A stretch of DNA of 64,000 nucleotides from Candidatus Woesearchaeota archaeon (GCA_018303125.1 JAGVYS010000003.1:637-64636), one strand, 5' to 3'. Shown: positions 38,408-49,657, counted from the stretch's first letter. A program made the numbers and translations. Notes: generated by a model not told the origin, from the sequence alone.

Positions 38408-38674
38408 TCAGCCCCTCACCTTTCCTATTGCAGATATGGAAAATTGCCTCTTGCACAGTATCCCGAACTCATTCCCGTCTACGGCAAGCTCAGTCACAGG
38501 CACGTTTGATATGGCAGCATATCTAAGTATGTCTGCCTTTGCCTTCTGTGAAACAGTGGAGGAAAGCCATATTGCTTCTATGCTCCTGCCTGATAATCCA
38601 TTCAGTACGCTGTTCACTCCAACAACTAGCTTTTTCTGCTTTGCCAGCTTTTTTATCTCAGTATCGTCGCTCAT
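38408..38674 (-). CDS. rpl30e: 50S ribosomal protein L30e
   Basis: KLVVG...YA....VPV...G.EFG.LC.RQF.ISA; operon position. Confidence 0.88.
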   Translation of the reverse strand: MSDDTEIKKLAKQKKLVVGVNSVLNGLSGRSIEAIWLSSTVSQKAKADILRYAAISNVPVTELAVDGNEFGILCKRQFSISAIGKVRG

Positions 38675-38675
38675 T

Positions 38676-39809
38676 TCACTTCTTTACCTTTGTTACCAGA
38701 CTTGGCAAGCCTGTTCCTATTGGCACTGGCTGGTTTATCATGACATTTTCTACAACAGATTCAAGATAGTCTATCTCTCCCACGAGTGCTGCGTTTATTA
38801 TGTGCTTAAGCGGGGTCTCGAAAGACGCCCTTGCAAGAACAGATGACTTTTCTGATACTACCCCATACCTCGTTATCCCCCTTACATACCCTGAGTTGCA
38901 CATAACATCCGCAACAAGCATTATGTGCCTTATGTCCACGTTGAGGCCCTGGCTCTCTATTACGCCATACACTTCATTTATGACAGCTTGTCTAGCAGCC
39001 TCTATTCCCAGAACAGATGCTATCTCGAATATGTTGTTTGTTTTTGTCCTTTCGGGCTCAACAAATTCAAGCTTTAGCACATCTTTGAGGTTGGAACCTG
39101 CTGTTATTATGATATATTCATCTCCTCTCTTTACAGGAAGCACATGGCTTATTCCCTTTACGCCCTTCATGTGCGTGGCCTTGATTTTCTCCTTTACCTT
39201 GTACAGGTCATTGAGGTTGATGTCCTTTGACCTGCTCTTGAGCTCCATGCTGTCATCATCGACCTTTATGTTGAAACCTTTAGTTTGCGCCTTGAGGCTG
39301 TTTACAACAGTAGCAACAGTGAAGCTTGCATTTCTCATTAGCTCCCTATCAAGCTTTATCAGTATGGATAGGTCAACTATGTTTATCTCAAATCCTAAGG
39401 AGATGTCATCAAGCGTTGTTTCCTTTATTGACAATGCCAGCTTTTTTATGTCCTTGCCCTCTGAATATGGCTTATTCAGATAAATCTCCATGCTTGGCGT
39501 GCTAAGCTCTTTTCTTCCGTCAAGTATCTCTATAATTCTTGGCAGCCCAACAGTAACGTTCATCTCTGCCACACCCGCAAAGTGGAAAGTATTTAGGGTC
39601 ATTTGGGTGCTTGGCTCTCCTATTGATTCAGCAGATATGTTGCCGATGCATTCTCCTGGGTCAGCCTTGGATTCGTTATACTCTGCTACGGTCTGCTCAA
39701 GTATCTGTTTTAGCTTTGCCTGGCTTATGCTTGCAGGTATGTTTTCCCTAAGGCTGTCAATTATGCTCTTTGGCAGCTTGTCCTCATATTCTTTTATTGC
39801 GTCTGTCAT
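38676..39809 (-). CDS. rpoA2: RNA polymerase subunit A''
   Basis: [43 protein letters not shown]. Confidence 0.97.
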   Translation of the reverse strand: MTDAIKEYEDKLPKSIIDSLRENIPASISQAKLKQILEQTVAEYNESKADPGECIGNISAESIGEPSTQMTLNTFHFAGVAEMNVTVGLPRIIEILDGRKELSTPSMEIYLNKPYSEGKDIKKLALSIKETTLDDISLGFEINIVDLSILIKLDRELMRNASFTVATVVNSLKAQTKGFNIKVDDDSMELKSRSKDINLNDLYKVKEKIKATHMKGVKGISHVLPVKRGDEYIIITAGSNLKDVLKLEFVEPERTKTNNIFEIASVLGIEAARQAVINEVYGVIESQGLNVDIRHIMLVADVMCNSGYVRGITRYGVVSEKSSVLARASFETPLKHIINAALVGEIDYLESVVENVMINQPVPIGTGLPSLVTKVKK

Positions 39810-39810
39810 T

Positions 39811-42411
39811 TTAAAGGTTTGACTTTATTATTCTCTTCACGTTTACTATTCCTTTTTCGGACTTTGAAACATCTATGCCGTCCTCACCATACTCAAACTG
39901 GACTATCCTTCCGGATGCGTTCCTTACTGTGTAATCATATTCTATTTTCAAGTCTTGCATCGCATTGGCAAGCCTCCTGTATAGGTATCCTGATTTTGGT
40001 GTTCTCAGGGCGGTATCCATCAAGGAGTCTCTTCCTGTCATTGAGCCGAAGAAAAATTCTGCAGGAGTGAGGCCTGTCTTGAACCCGTTTGTTATGAATC
40101 CTCGTGCAATCGGCGTCAAATCTTGCTCTCTGAAGCATGAAAGTGTCCTTTTGTTATAACCTTTGTCTATTCTTTTTCCGCGCAGTGCCTGCTGCCCGAC
40201 GCAAGTAGCCATCTGGGCGAGGTTTATCAGGTTGCCTCTTGCTCCTGACACTGCCATTATCATGGTATGGCTTTCCTTGTCGGCATAATTCGCAACAAGC
40301 TCACCTGCCTTGTTTCTTGCGCTGTTAAGCAATTCCAGTATCTTCAGCTCAAGGCTTTCCTCAATGCTCTTTCCAGGGAAGGCATCAAAGTTGCCCTGCC
40401 TGTAGGTGACTATAAGCTCGTCTACTTCTTTCCTTACGTTTTCCATGACCTCGTTTATCTTTGCCTTTGCATCTGAAGGCAGGTCAGTGTCTGATATCGC
40501 AGTTGAGAATCCATACCTTATAAGCACCTGTATTCCTAGCTTGAATATATCCCCTATAAGCTTGATTGCGTATTCTTTTCCGTACTTCTTGTGAATATTT
40601 CTTAGCAGTAAACCAGAGCCTTCTCCAAGGTTGTTCTTGTCCATGACACCCTCTGTAAGCTTGCCATTGGATATTACAACCTTGTCGCTTCCCTTCTCAT
40701 CCTTGCTCCTTGAATGCCCTGTAAAATTGAAGTCCTTTGGCAGGATTGCGGAAAATATCTCCTTGCCAGTTATCTTTTCCTTGTTTGGAAGGGAAAAATC
40801 CTTTATTCCTGCGGAATAAAGCACGTCAAATGCCTCTTCCTTGGGAAATGTCAGCCCTTTGGTCAGTATGTAATTCCCTGATATGGCATCCTGTATGCAG
40901 CCTATGACGCTCAATCCATACCTTGGTGATATGAGCTGCGTCTGTACTTCCATCAGTATCTCTGCTTCAGCCCTTGCTTCCTCTGTCTGGGGTATGTGCA
41001 GGTTCATCTCATCCCCGTCAAAGTCAGCGTTATATGGATTGCATACGCTTGGGTTCAGCCTTAGGGTCCTTCCTGGCAGCACCCTTACCCTGTGGCACAT
41101 CATTGACATCCTGTGCAATGAAGGCTGCCTGTTGAAAATGGCAATGTCGCCATCAAGAAGGTGCCTCTCTACTGTATAGCCAGGCTGCAACTCTTCAAGT
41201 GACGCTTCTTTAGTCTCGTCAGTTATTTTCTTTTTCTTGCCATCAGGCCTTACTATGTAATTTGCACCAGGGTACTTTTCAGGCCCCTTTTCCACGAATT
41301 TCTTTAAGTATGAAACATTCCAGTCGTTCACTCTTTCAGGAACAGTGAGCTTCATTGCAATAACCAAAGGCACTCCGACTTCATTGAGGCCGATCATCGG
41401 GTCAGGAGAGATTACTGTCCTCGCTGAAAAGTTGGTCCTCTTTCCTGCCAGATTATGCCTTATTCTTCCTTCCTTGCTCTTTATCCTCTCTGATATTGTC
41501 CTTAATGCTTGGCCTGAGCGGTGCCTTGCGGGAGGCAGTTGTGCAACAGAATTGTCAAAGAAAGTAGTGATATGATATTGCAGTAAATCCCATAAGTCCT
41601 CTATGATTATCTCAGGCGCACCAGCGTTTATGTTTTCAAACAGCCTCTGGTTTATCCTTACTATGTCGCCTAGCTTGTGCGTAAGGTCATCCTCGCTCCT
41701 CTCGCCTGATTCAAGCGTTATTGACGGCCTCATTGTTACAGGCGGTATGGCCATTATTGTGAGGACCATCCATTCTGGCCTTATGTGAATAGGATTCATG
41801 CCAAAAAGGAATACATCGTCATCAGGTATTTTTTCAAGCCTTACCCTAATCTCTATCGGGCTAAGCCTCTTCTCCTCTTCAAGGAATGTTGTTGGCTTCT
41901 CAAGGGAAATCTTATGCTGCTTGGCCTTGCAGTGCGGGCATTTGTTTACAGTCTTCATGCTCGATATTACTTTCCTTATCTCCAGCCTTCTCGACTCTAT
42001 CCCAGATTCCTCTTCTATCTTGTCGAGATCAGCCTTTGCCTTCGCAATCTTGGCTTGGGGTATAAGGACCCTTCCACATTCCCTGCATGTAGACATCAGC
42101 ATATTGTATATCAGGTTTACAAACTTTATGTGTATGACAGGCCTTGCCAGCTCTATGTATCCAAAATGCCCTACGCATTCCTTCAGCTTTGAGCCGCATG
42201 TCTTGCATTTCAATCCTGGGTCAATTACGCCAAGCCTAATGTCCATCAGGCCGCCATCCACAGGATACCCTTCCTTATCATAAAGCTCAGGCGTGACAAC
42301 TTTAGCAGCGGACATCTTCTTTATCATCTTCGGGGAGAAAACAGAAAACTGTATGCTACCTATCCTCTTGCTTACCGAAGGTTCCGGTTCCTCAATTCTT
42401 TCTTCAGGCAT
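39811..42411 (-). CDS. rpoA1: RNA polymerase subunit A'
   Basis: [11 protein letters not shown] catalytic motif, FNRQPSLH, Zn-binding Cys motifs. Confidence 0.98.
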   Translation of the reverse strand: MPEERIEEPEPSVSKRIGSIQFSVFSPKMIKKMSAAKVVTPELYDKEGYPVDGGLMDIRLGVIDPGLKCKTCGSKLKECVGHFGYIELARPVIHIKFVNLIYNMLMSTCRECGRVLIPQAKIAKAKADLDKIEEESGIESRRLEIRKVISSMKTVNKCPHCKAKQHKISLEKPTTFLEEEKRLSPIEIRVRLEKIPDDDVFLFGMNPIHIRPEWMVLTIMAIPPVTMRPSITLESGERSEDDLTHKLGDIVRINQRLFENINAGAPEIIIEDLWDLLQYHITTFFDNSVAQLPPARHRSGQALRTISERIKSKEGRIRHNLAGKRTNFSARTVISPDPMIGLNEVGVPLVIAMKLTVPERVNDWNVSYLKKFVEKGPEKYPGANYIVRPDGKKKKITDETKEASLEELQPGYTVERHLLDGDIAIFNRQPSLHRMSMMCHRVRVLPGRTLRLNPSVCNPYNADFDGDEMNLHIPQTEEARAEAEILMEVQTQLISPRYGLSVIGCIQDAISGNYILTKGLTFPKEEAFDVLYSAGIKDFSLPNKEKITGKEIFSAILPKDFNFTGHSRSKDEKGSDKVVISNGKLTEGVMDKNNLGEGSGLLLRNIHKKYGKEYAIKLIGDIFKLGIQVLIRYGFSTAISDTDLPSDAKAKINEVMENVRKEVDELIVTYRQGNFDAFPGKSIEESLELKILELLNSARNKAGELVANYADKESHTMIMAVSGARGNLINLAQMATCVGQQALRGKRIDKGYNKRTLSCFREQDLTPIARGFITNGFKTGLTPAEFFFGSMTGRDSLMDTALRTPKSGYLYRRLANAMQDLKIEYDYTVRNASGRIVQFEYGEDGIDVSKSEKGIVNVKRIIKSNL

Positions 42412-42412
42412 T

Positions 42413-44215
42413 TTAGTACTTTGACTCCAGATTCAGCCTTGGATATATTCCCAGGCTCTTAAACTCATCAAGTATCAGCTTGAAAGCATAGCTTATCTCT
42501 ATGTCGCTTATATTTACATTATCTCCGCATATTGGGCAGTATCTCCTGTTCCTGTACTCATCATTTACTGCTATAAGCCCGCATTCTTCGCATACAGGAA
42601 CTATTGTGTTGTCAGAGCTGAACCTTTCTTTGAGGAGCAGCGATGCACCATGTGCTATGAAAGTGTCCTTTTCCATTTCTCCCAGCCTCAGGCCCCCTTC
42701 CTTTGCCCTTCCTTCGGTTGGTTGCCTTGTCAGGAGCTGTATAGGCCCTCTTGCCCTTGCGTGGAGCTTGTTGGCAACCATGTGCTTGAGCTTAAGGTAA
42801 TACATGTCTCCCACGAATATCTTTGCCTGCATCCTATTTCCAGTCTCTCCATTATAGAATGTTTCAGTTCCATTTTCCCTGAAACCTCTCTGCAGCAGCT
42901 CTTTCCTCAGCTGCTCTTCCGGCTCAGCATCAAATGTGGTTCCATCTATATATCTCCCGCTGAGTGCTCCCACTTTTCCTCCTACCATTTCTATGAGGTG
43001 TGCTATTGTCATTCTTGAAGGTATTCCGTGAGGTGAGAATATTATGTCTGGCACAATTCCTGATGATGAAAATGGCATGTCAGCAGGCGGCACTATTATC
43101 CCGACTATTCCTTTTTGCCCGTGCCTGGAGGTAAATTTATCGCCTATTTCAGGAATCCTTGAATCCCTGACTCTTACCTGTATCAGCCTGTTGCCTTCTT
43201 CGTTCTCTGTAATAAGAACAATGTCAACGGTTCCTTTTTCACCGTGCTTGAGGCTTAGAGAGCTTTCCCTTCTTGTCGCCGAAGCTATATTGTACTCATC
43301 AAGTGAGCTCAGGAACCTTGGCGGGGAAGTCTTGCCTATAATGACATCTCCTTCATCTACCCCTGCCTCAGGGTAAATTATGCCGTCTTCCTCGAGGAAC
43401 CTGTAATCCTTCTCTGTCTTGTATCCTTTTACATCCTTATCAGGAATGGATATCTCGTCAATTAGGCCACCTGCATACCTTAGCTCTTCAGCCACGCTTG
43501 GCCTGAAATAAGTGCTCCTTCCGAAGCCCCTGTCTATGGATCCCCTGTTTATGACTATGGCGTCTTCCATGTTATAACCCTTGTAGCTCATTATCGCGAT
43601 TACTATGTTCTGCCCGTTAGGGTGGGAGTCATAATTCCATACATCATTCATTAGGGTCTGGACTATCGGCTTTTGAGGTGAATGCAATATATTGACATCC
43701 ATGTCAAGCCTTACAGGATAATTTGATGCATAAATGCCAACGGCTTGCTTCTGGTTCTTTGAGCCTGCATTCAGCCTCGTTGACTGGTTGAAATTGCCAT
43801 AAGGTACAAGAGCTGAGCATAAGCCAAGCATTGTCAAAGGGGAAATCTCAAGATGGGTATGCGTGCTGGTAAGCTCATTAGCCCTGAAAGCTATGAGGCA
43901 GTTTTCCTCTTCGGCAGCATCAACGTACTCTATGATGCCTTCCTTAATCAGGTCATGCCATGCCATTTCTCCCCTGTTTAGCCGGTCATAATGCTGCTGC
44001 GTGATTGAGGGCTTGCCTTCCTTTGCTACTATGAGCGGCCTTCTTGTCCTTCCTGCATCTGTTTCTATGAAGACATCTCCAGTTATGCTCTCACGGTAGA
44101 CATTCACATTGTTATGTAATGCGCCACTTCTTCTCTCTTCCTTTAGCCTGCTGACAAAAGAGGAAGAATCATCAACCTCCCCTATAAGCTTACTGTTTAT
44201 GAATACTTCTACCAT
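42413..44215 (-). CDS. rpoB1: RNA polymerase subunit B'
   Basis: GYNMEDA, GDKFTSRHGQKG, RQPTEGRAKEGGLRLGEMEKD. Confidence 0.98.
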   Translation of the reverse strand: MVEVFINSKLIGEVDDSSSFVSRLKEERRSGALHNNVNVYRESITGDVFIETDAGRTRRPLIVAKEGKPSITQQHYDRLNRGEMAWHDLIKEGIIEYVDAAEEENCLIAFRANELTSTHTHLEISPLTMLGLCSALVPYGNFNQSTRLNAGSKNQKQAVGIYASNYPVRLDMDVNILHSPQKPIVQTLMNDVWNYDSHPNGQNIVIAIMSYKGYNMEDAIVINRGSIDRGFGRSTYFRPSVAEELRYAGGLIDEISIPDKDVKGYKTEKDYRFLEEDGIIYPEAGVDEGDVIIGKTSPPRFLSSLDEYNIASATRRESSLSLKHGEKGTVDIVLITENEEGNRLIQVRVRDSRIPEIGDKFTSRHGQKGIVGIIVPPADMPFSSSGIVPDIIFSPHGIPSRMTIAHLIEMVGGKVGALSGRYIDGTTFDAEPEEQLRKELLQRGFRENGTETFYNGETGNRMQAKIFVGDMYYLKLKHMVANKLHARARGPIQLLTRQPTEGRAKEGGLRLGEMEKDTFIAHGASLLLKERFSSDNTIVPVCEECGLIAVNDEYRNRRYCPICGDNVNISDIEISYAFKLILDEFKSLGIYPRLNLESKY

Positions 44216-44216
44216 T

Positions 44217-45704
44217 TTACCACAATGTCCTCATTCCACAATCCTTCATTATTTTTATGGCATCCTCTTCTGAGCCTGCCTTTGATACCGATGCCAAAAG
44301 GGAGAGATTTTTCCTCAGCCCTATGTTTGTTCCTTCAGGTGTCTCTATAGGGCATAGCCTCCCCAGATGAGTTGCATGCAATGCCCTTGCCTCGAAATTC
44401 TCCTGGGATGCACTAAGAGGGCTGACAACTCTCTGGAGATGGGATATTGTTTCAAGGAAATTAAGCCTTTGAATTCTCTGGCATACTCCTTTCCTTCCTC
44501 CAACCCAGTTTCCTGTTGCCATTGCTGAATCTATTCTCTGTGTGAGCAGCTTTTCCCTTATTATCGCCCTTATTGATGGGAATTTGCCTCTCTTTACTAT
44601 CCTCTGGAAATTATAAAGCAAATCGCCAACAAGAACCTTGAAATTGACCCTCAATAAGTCGGAGAGAAGGTCGCCGCTTAGCTTAAGCTTCTTGTTCATG
44701 TAATGGTCCTTGTCATTAACAGGCACAACGCCATTGGATACAATCAGGTATCTTTTCAGGAATTTGCAGAGATTGTAAGCCTTGTATACCCTGTCCTTTT
44801 CCTCTATGCCTAGATGTGGCAGCAGGTACTTGTCAAGAATCTCTTTCATCCTCTCCACCCTTACTTCCTTTGTCTGGGTTATCCCTATTTTTCTTGCTAT
44901 GTAATCTATGGCCTCTTCCTCGGTTTTTATTGATACGAACTCATAGAGGTTTATGAGCATCTCATCATATGATTTTTCAGCGCTTATGAACTTCATTATC
45001 TCCTCATCTTTGAGGAGTCCAAGCGCCTTTATCAGGACAACAATAGGTATCCTTTTTACCCTCGTGAAAGTCAGGTAAAATATTCCATCGCTGAGCCTCT
45101 CCAATGTATGCGGGATCTTGAATGAGCCTCTTTCAGAGAATATTTTTCCAACATATTTGCTTGGCCCTACTGCGCCTTTTTCTATCAGGATATGGTTGGG
45201 TGCAAGGTCTTCTATGTGGACCAGTACCTTTTCAGTTCCGTTGATTATGAAATATCCTCCCGGGTCATCAGGGTCCTCTCCTTTCTCGATAAGCTCCTGC
45301 CTTCCCATTTTATCCAAGTGGCAGTTCTTGCTCTTGAGCATTATCGGAAGATTTCCTATTTGGGTTGTCAATGATTCCCTCTGCACATCGTTGATGTATG
45401 CAGAAACGTCCACGAATATGGGGGCAGAATAAGTTATTTTCCTGAGCCTTGCCTCGAATGGATAAATGTTCCTCTTTGATCCATCAGCCTCTGTTATCTC
45501 AGGCTTTGTCACCCATATCTTGTCAAACCTTATCTTGAAGCTGTCTATGTTCTGCGGTATTATTGTCGGCTCTATTATCCTGTTCTCGAGGATTATATCA
45601 TTGAGCTCCTTCTCTATGAGATTGTTGAAGGACTCTATATCAGAACCTACAAAACTATGTTCCTTGAAATAGCTCTTTATGAGAACTTCTGATTCCTTAT
45701 ACAT
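44217..45704 (-). CDS. rpoB2: RNA polymerase subunit B''
   Basis: EARLRKITYSAP, DPGGYFIINGTEK, CPIETPEGTNIGLRKN. Confidence 0.97.
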   Translation of the reverse strand: MYKESEVLIKSYFKEHSFVGSDIESFNNLIEKELNDIILENRIIEPTIIPQNIDSFKIRFDKIWVTKPEITEADGSKRNIYPFEARLRKITYSAPIFVDVSAYINDVQRESLTTQIGNLPIMLKSKNCHLDKMGRQELIEKGEDPDDPGGYFIINGTEKVLVHIEDLAPNHILIEKGAVGPSKYVGKIFSERGSFKIPHTLERLSDGIFYLTFTRVKRIPIVVLIKALGLLKDEEIMKFISAEKSYDEMLINLYEFVSIKTEEEAIDYIARKIGITQTKEVRVERMKEILDKYLLPHLGIEEKDRVYKAYNLCKFLKRYLIVSNGVVPVNDKDHYMNKKLKLSGDLLSDLLRVNFKVLVGDLLYNFQRIVKRGKFPSIRAIIREKLLTQRIDSAMATGNWVGGRKGVCQRIQRLNFLETISHLQRVVSPLSASQENFEARALHATHLGRLCPIETPEGTNIGLRKNLSLLASVSKAGSEEDAIKIMKDCGMRTLW

Positions 45705-45942
45705 TTATTACGCACCTGTAAAACACAGCCTCTCCTGCAGTTGGGCTTTTCCTTAGTATCTTGACAACATCCCCTGGCTTGACATCCAGCTCTTTTATCG
45801 CCGGGTCATTCTTTACTATCAAAGGGAGGTCATATACTGAAATGTGGTATTTCTCCAACACTTCACTTTTCTCCTTTTCACTTACCTTGGTATGCTTCGG
45901 CACAAGGAAGTGCTTTTTTATGTCAAATCCGCTTTTGGTCAT
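45697..45942 (-). CDS. rpoH: RNA polymerase subunit H
   Basis: HFLVPKH, LP.I..NDP, GDVVKILRKSPTAG..YR. Confidence 0.97.
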   Translation of the reverse strand: MTKSGFDIKKHFLVPKHTKVSEKEKSEVLEKYHISVYDLPLIVKNDPAIKELDVKPGDVVKILRKSPTAGEAVFYRCVINV

Positions 45943-45955
45943 TCTTATTCCTTTA

Positions 45956-46041
45956 CGGGCCGTACGAGATTCGAACTCGCGACCCCCTGATTGCTTCTGC
46001 CTTAAAAGTCAGGTGCTCTAGCCAGGCTGAGCTAACGGCCC
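45956..46041 (-). tRNA. tRNA-Lys(UUU) with 11-nt intron at 37/38
   Basis: GGGCCGT TAGCTCAGCCTGGCTAGAGC A CCTGA CTTTTA[AGGCAGAAGCA]A TCAGG...GTTCGAAT...ACGGCCC G. Confidence 0.9.
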
Positions 46042-46044
46042 AAA

Positions 46045-46164
46045 CGCCCCGGCCGGGACTTTCATCCCAACGGGAATCCGTTAGGGTATTGAACCCGGGT
46101 CGGAGCCTTTTTGCGACGCTCAGTCACGACAGGGCTCCATGATAGGCCACTACACTACCAGGGC
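46045..46164 (-). tRNA. tRNA-Asp(GUC) with two introns (anticodon loop ~18 nt, T-loop ~29 nt)
   Basis: GCCCTGG...GAGCC CTGTCG[intron]A GGCTC...CCGGG TTCAAT[intron]T CCCGG CCGGGGC G; removal leaves 73 nt. Confidence 0.85.
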
Positions 46165-46322
46165 ATTCCTACAACTATTAGTCATACTCGTTTTGTGTAT
46201 TAATATAGCTAATAGAAGCATGAAAGGCCATCTTATCAGGTATTTTGACCTCATTTTTAAAGCTTTCTGTTTTTCCTTTTGGCGTGCTTAAATGCATGTT
46301 TTTTGCCATTGATAAGGCAAAA

Positions 46323-46967
46323 TCAGCTGCTCTTTGCTGCATGTTTATGTTTCAAATATTCAATTACAGGCGGAATGAAAGAGATAACGATTATAATCAT
46401 GATTACAAGTGTCAGGTTTTCCTTAACCCAGTGGAAGTTCCCAAAAAAGTATCCTCCGAGGAGGAATATAAATATCCAGAGGAAGCCTCCTGCTACGTTG
46501 AAAGTAAGGAATTTCGGATATTTCATCCTGCCTATGCCTGCCACGAAGGGTGCAAAAGTCCTTATTATCGGTATGAATCTCGCGAATATTATTGTCTTCC
46601 CTCCGTGCTTGTCATAAAACTTCTTTGTCTTTTCAAGGTACTCTGCCTTGAACAGCTTGCTCTTCGCAAACACTCTTTCTCCGAAGTAATTGCCTATCCA
46701 GTAATTTAAAGTGTCTCCGAGAATAGCAGCAGCAAAAAGCAGCACGAACAGGATAAAAATATTGAGCTGGCCTGCAGCTGCAAGAGTGCCTGTTACAAAT
46801 AAGAGTGAGTCGCCCGGCAGGAATGGGGTTATTACTAAACCAGTCTCGCAGAAGATTATGAGGAAAAGCAAAAGATATACCCAAAGCCCGTAATCTCTTA
46901 TGAGTACAATAAGATATTCATCAAGATTAAGTATTATGTCCAAGAACTTTGTTGCTATCTCAATCAT
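46323..46967 (-). CDS. dedA: DedA family membrane protein
   Basis: IIFCETG...PFLPGDSLLF, AILGD..NY.IG, ARFIPIIRTFAPFVAG. Confidence 0.93.
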   Translation of the reverse strand: MIEIATKFLDIILNLDEYLIVLIRDYGLWVYLLLFLIIFCETGLVITPFLPGDSLLFVTGTLAAAGQLNIFILFVLLFAAAILGDTLNYWIGNYFGERVFAKSKLFKAEYLEKTKKFYDKHGGKTIIFARFIPIIRTFAPFVAGIGRMKYPKFLTFNVAGGFLWIFIFLLGGYFFGNFHWVKENLTLVIMIIIVISFIPPVIEYLKHKHAAKSS

Positions 46968-47009
46968 GAAATTGATTTATGGCATTGGTTTATAAATCCT
47001 GCGAGAATG

Positions 47010-47324
47010 TTAATCCTTCCCTGTGCTGTATACTCCCTCTTTTTCGTCCACATCCACTATCTTACCCTTAATTATTTTCTTTTTGCTCGGCTTCTCCTTT
47101 TTCCTGAAGCTATTTCCTATGCCATGGAACAATCCAGACAGGAGCATTCTCAAGAAGGCAAAAATCCCGGTAAGAAGCATGAGCAGCCCTATTATAATCA
47201 ATGGCAGGCCTATGAAAATCAATATTATGCTTATGCTCAGTATAATGCCGAGCATTATGATTATTATGGATACTACAATAAGAATGAGAGGCAGAATTAT
47301 CGGCCTTATGACAATCGCTTTCAT
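47010..47324 (-). CDS. Small membrane protein
   Basis: Two long hydrophobic segments plus basic tail. Confidence 0.6.
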   Translation of the reverse strand: MKAIVIRPIILPLILIVVSIIIIMLGIILSISIILIFIGLPLIIIGLLMLLTGIFAFLRMLLSGLFHGIGNSFRKKEKPSKKKIIKGKIVDVDEKEGVYSTGKD

Positions 47325-47374
47325 TTATGCATCTAAAAAATAGAAGTTTAAAATATTTTTCAAATATGGAAGGC

Positions 47375-48094
47375 TTAATCTATGGAAGTTGGTTCCCCAA
47401 TAAAAGAATAAAAGTCTTCCTTCTCAAATTTCCATGAGCAGATTATATTGAACTCATCGTCAAAATAAACAATCGCTTCTTGCTTATAATCGCCTGAGGT
47501 TATGTCTGGGGCATATATGGTATAGAAGCTAATTGCATATGATTCTTCCTGTTTTGATTGAATTTTCTGGATACTGTCTTTAACTCTATCTGGGCAGCTT
47601 TTAATTTCTTCAGTTGCGCAATAATCACCCTTCATATCCTCTATTGCTTGCATATCTTCTTCAGATATGGCTCCTGCCAAATAAAACTCTTTAGGGCAGT
47701 TATTTCTTATTACATCCATGACTTCTTCACTCGTGTTACTGTATAGCTTATCTAGTGATGGCAGTTGCGGGCCTCCTTTAAATGCAGAATCTCCTTTCCT
47801 TCCCAACCCTTTTGATTTTAAATAATTAAGTGCTAAACGTTCTCTTACTAGGCTTGCAAATTCTTTTCCCTTTGAAAACTCCTTAAATATGCCAATCTCT
47901 TCAGCCAATTTTGATTTTTCCTCTGTTAAAGAAGCTACCTTAGTTGATAATTTAAAATTCTCTTCTGAGAAAGAGTTTAAATCATATTTTAATTCCTTAA
48001 TATCATTATTCCTCTGGATTATCAGAAAAGTTGCTATCCCTAACAAGGTAAGGACCAAAACAGCAAAGCCAATTATTACATACTTATTATCCAT
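47375..48094 (-). CDS. Hypothetical membrane-anchored protein, AT-rich
   Basis: N-terminal TM, coiled coil, Cys-containing C-terminal domain; just downstream of tRNA-Thr. Confidence 0.7.
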   Translation of the reverse strand: MDNKYVIIGFAVLVLTLLGIATFLIIQRNNDIKELKYDLNSFSEENFKLSTKVASLTEEKSKLAEEIGIFKEFSKGKEFASLVRERLALNYLKSKGLGRKGDSAFKGGPQLPSLDKLYSNTSEEVMDVIRNNCPKEFYLAGAISEEDMQAIEDMKGDYCATEEIKSCPDRVKDSIQKIQSKQEESYAISFYTIYAPDITSGDYKQEAIVYFDDEFNIICSWKFEKEDFYSFIGEPTSID

Positions 48095-48247
48095 TAACAG
48101 TACCTCCCTTTATTTGTATAAATAACTTTCTTTGTTTTTCCAAAACAATAATCACTAGTAGCCAGCATGTGTTATGACATCTCAATAATCATAGTTTGCC
48201 AATATATCGATTATATGCAAAGTCTATTTTGTTGCTGAGAATAAAAG

Positions 48248-48320
48248 AGCCCCTGGAGGAACTTGAATCCTCGACCTTTACCTTACCAAGGTAACGCTCT
48301 ACCAGCTGAGCTACAGGGGC
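48248..48320 (-). tRNA. tRNA-Thr(GGU)
   Basis: GCCCCTG TAGCTCAGCTGGTAGAGC G TTACC TTGGTAA GGTAA...GATTCAAGT...CAGGGGC T. Confidence 0.93.
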
Positions 48321-48424
48321 GATACGCATGGGAAACTCCAAGAGTTCTTTAAATAGATTATCATGATACATTTTTTTGCCTGGTAATCATTTTAAGTTCT
48401 TAAAAAATTCATTTAGTCCTATTA

Positions 48425-48471
48425 GTTACCAGACGGTTACCAAAAAATTTATATAGTTCTATTTGTTACCA
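48425..48471 (+). promoter_or_regulatory. TATA box flanked by three GTTACCA direct repeats (putative operator)
   Basis: GTTACCA at 48425, 48436, 48465 around TTTATATA (48448-48455), just upstream of an HTH-MNT gene. Confidence 0.5.
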
Positions 48472-48479
48472 CGTCTCAT

Positions 48480-49076
48480 ATGATCAAAGAGAATAAAATA
48501 CCCTTAAAAGTGTGTCTAATTGACTTGAATGAAGCATATCAAAAGGTATTGTATTGGTTCTTTTCATTTCCTGGCAGGAATATAGGCCTCAATGAATTGT
48601 CATCAGCTTTGCGGATTTCTAAAACAACTGCAAAAAAGGTTGTTGTAGATCTTGAAAAGGAAGGTTTTCTGAAAAGGAAGGTTTATGGAAAAACCTGGGT
48701 AATCTCGTGCGATGTCAGCCATAATTTCAATTTCACAAAAAAAGTGGCTTTCAATTTAGCCATGGTTTTTGGGGCCTACCGGTCGGGCTTGAAAGGCCGC
48801 ATCAATGACTTTGTCGGCAATGCCCAAGCAGTAATCCTTTTTGGCTCCTACAGGAAAGGAGATGACACCGAGAAGAGCGACATTGACATTGCAGTTGAGG
48901 TAGTTGGCAACGCAGATTTGAAAATAATCCAGCTCGGAATAATGCAGCAATTCGGCTACAGGAAAGATGTGCCAATCAACCTACACGTCTTTTCCAGGAA
49001 TAAGGTTGACATAAACATGTTTTCGAATATTGCCAATGGGATTGTATTGGAAGGTTTTCTGGAGGTAAAAGCATGA
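48480..49076 (+). CDS. wHTH + MNT antitoxin
   Basis: IGLNELSSALRISKTTA HTH; LFGSYRKGDD...SDIDIAV. Confidence 0.88.
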   Translation: MIKENKIPLKVCLIDLNEAYQKVLYWFFSFPGRNIGLNELSSALRISKTTAKKVVVDLEKEGFLKRKVYGKTWVISCDVSHNFNFTKKVAFNLAMVFGAYRSGLKGRINDFVGNAQAVILFGSYRKGDDTEKSDIDIAVEVVGNADLKIIQLGIMQQFGYRKDVPINLHVFSRNKVDINMFSNIANGIVLEGFLEVKA

Positions 49077-49468
49077 GATACAAGTGCCCTGATAAGAAAA
49101 GCGCCATAAGCATTCTTGAGGCATCGCAGAGGGAGATGAAGTATACTGAGTCACTTGAGGTATCTGAAGACTCTGGTTCCACAATTGTTAGGAATACATA
49201 TGAATGTTTCAGGATGCTGGGCGATTCCTTGCTGGTTTCTGAAGGGATAGAGTCTGAAGACCACATAGCGCCGATTAAAGAGCTGATGAAATTGAAGATA
49301 GCCACAGATAGGCCTATCAATCTCGTTGATAATCTGCGCAGGTTAAGGCATAATATCAACTATTATGGTTACAAGCCTTCTCTTGAGGAAGTAAAGGAAG
49401 TAAAGGCCATAGCCAAAAGTCTTTTTGAAAAGATTAAAAATGAGGTTCTGAGAAAGATTAAACAATAG
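49073..49468 (+). CDS. HEPN-domain toxin
   Basis: YECFRMLGDSLL...H...RRLRHNINYYG; 4-nt overlap with MNT. Confidence 0.8.
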   Translation: MRYKCPDKKSAISILEASQREMKYTESLEVSEDSGSTIVRNTYECFRMLGDSLLVSEGIESEDHIAPIKELMKLKIATDRPINLVDNLRRLRHNINYYGYKPSLEEVKEVKAIAKSLFEKIKNEVLRKIKQ

Positions 49469-49573
49469 CTATTTGTGTTCTCTGTACAGCTGAAACATCG
49501 CTCGAAAGTCTGGGTTTTTCGGCATTCTGTTTTTCAGGCGCCATTCCTTGTTAATCATCTTGCTTGAAAATAA

Positions 49574-49657
49574 TGCAGGGTAGCGGATTCGAACCGCTGA
49601 ACGCACTAAGCGACAAGGCCCTGAACCTTGCAGGTTTGACCGCTTCCTTAACCCTGC
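49574..49657 (-). tRNA. tRNA-Leu(CAG)
   Basis: GCAGGGT...CAAGG TTCAGGG CCTTG, long variable arm, GTTCGAAT. Confidence 0.92.

Noticed and set aside
47066..47079. 14-nt match to the reverse complement of the 40-bp repeat (CCTTAATTATTTTC)
   Set aside because: Lies within an AT-rich coding stretch (KKIIKG) and flanks do not match.
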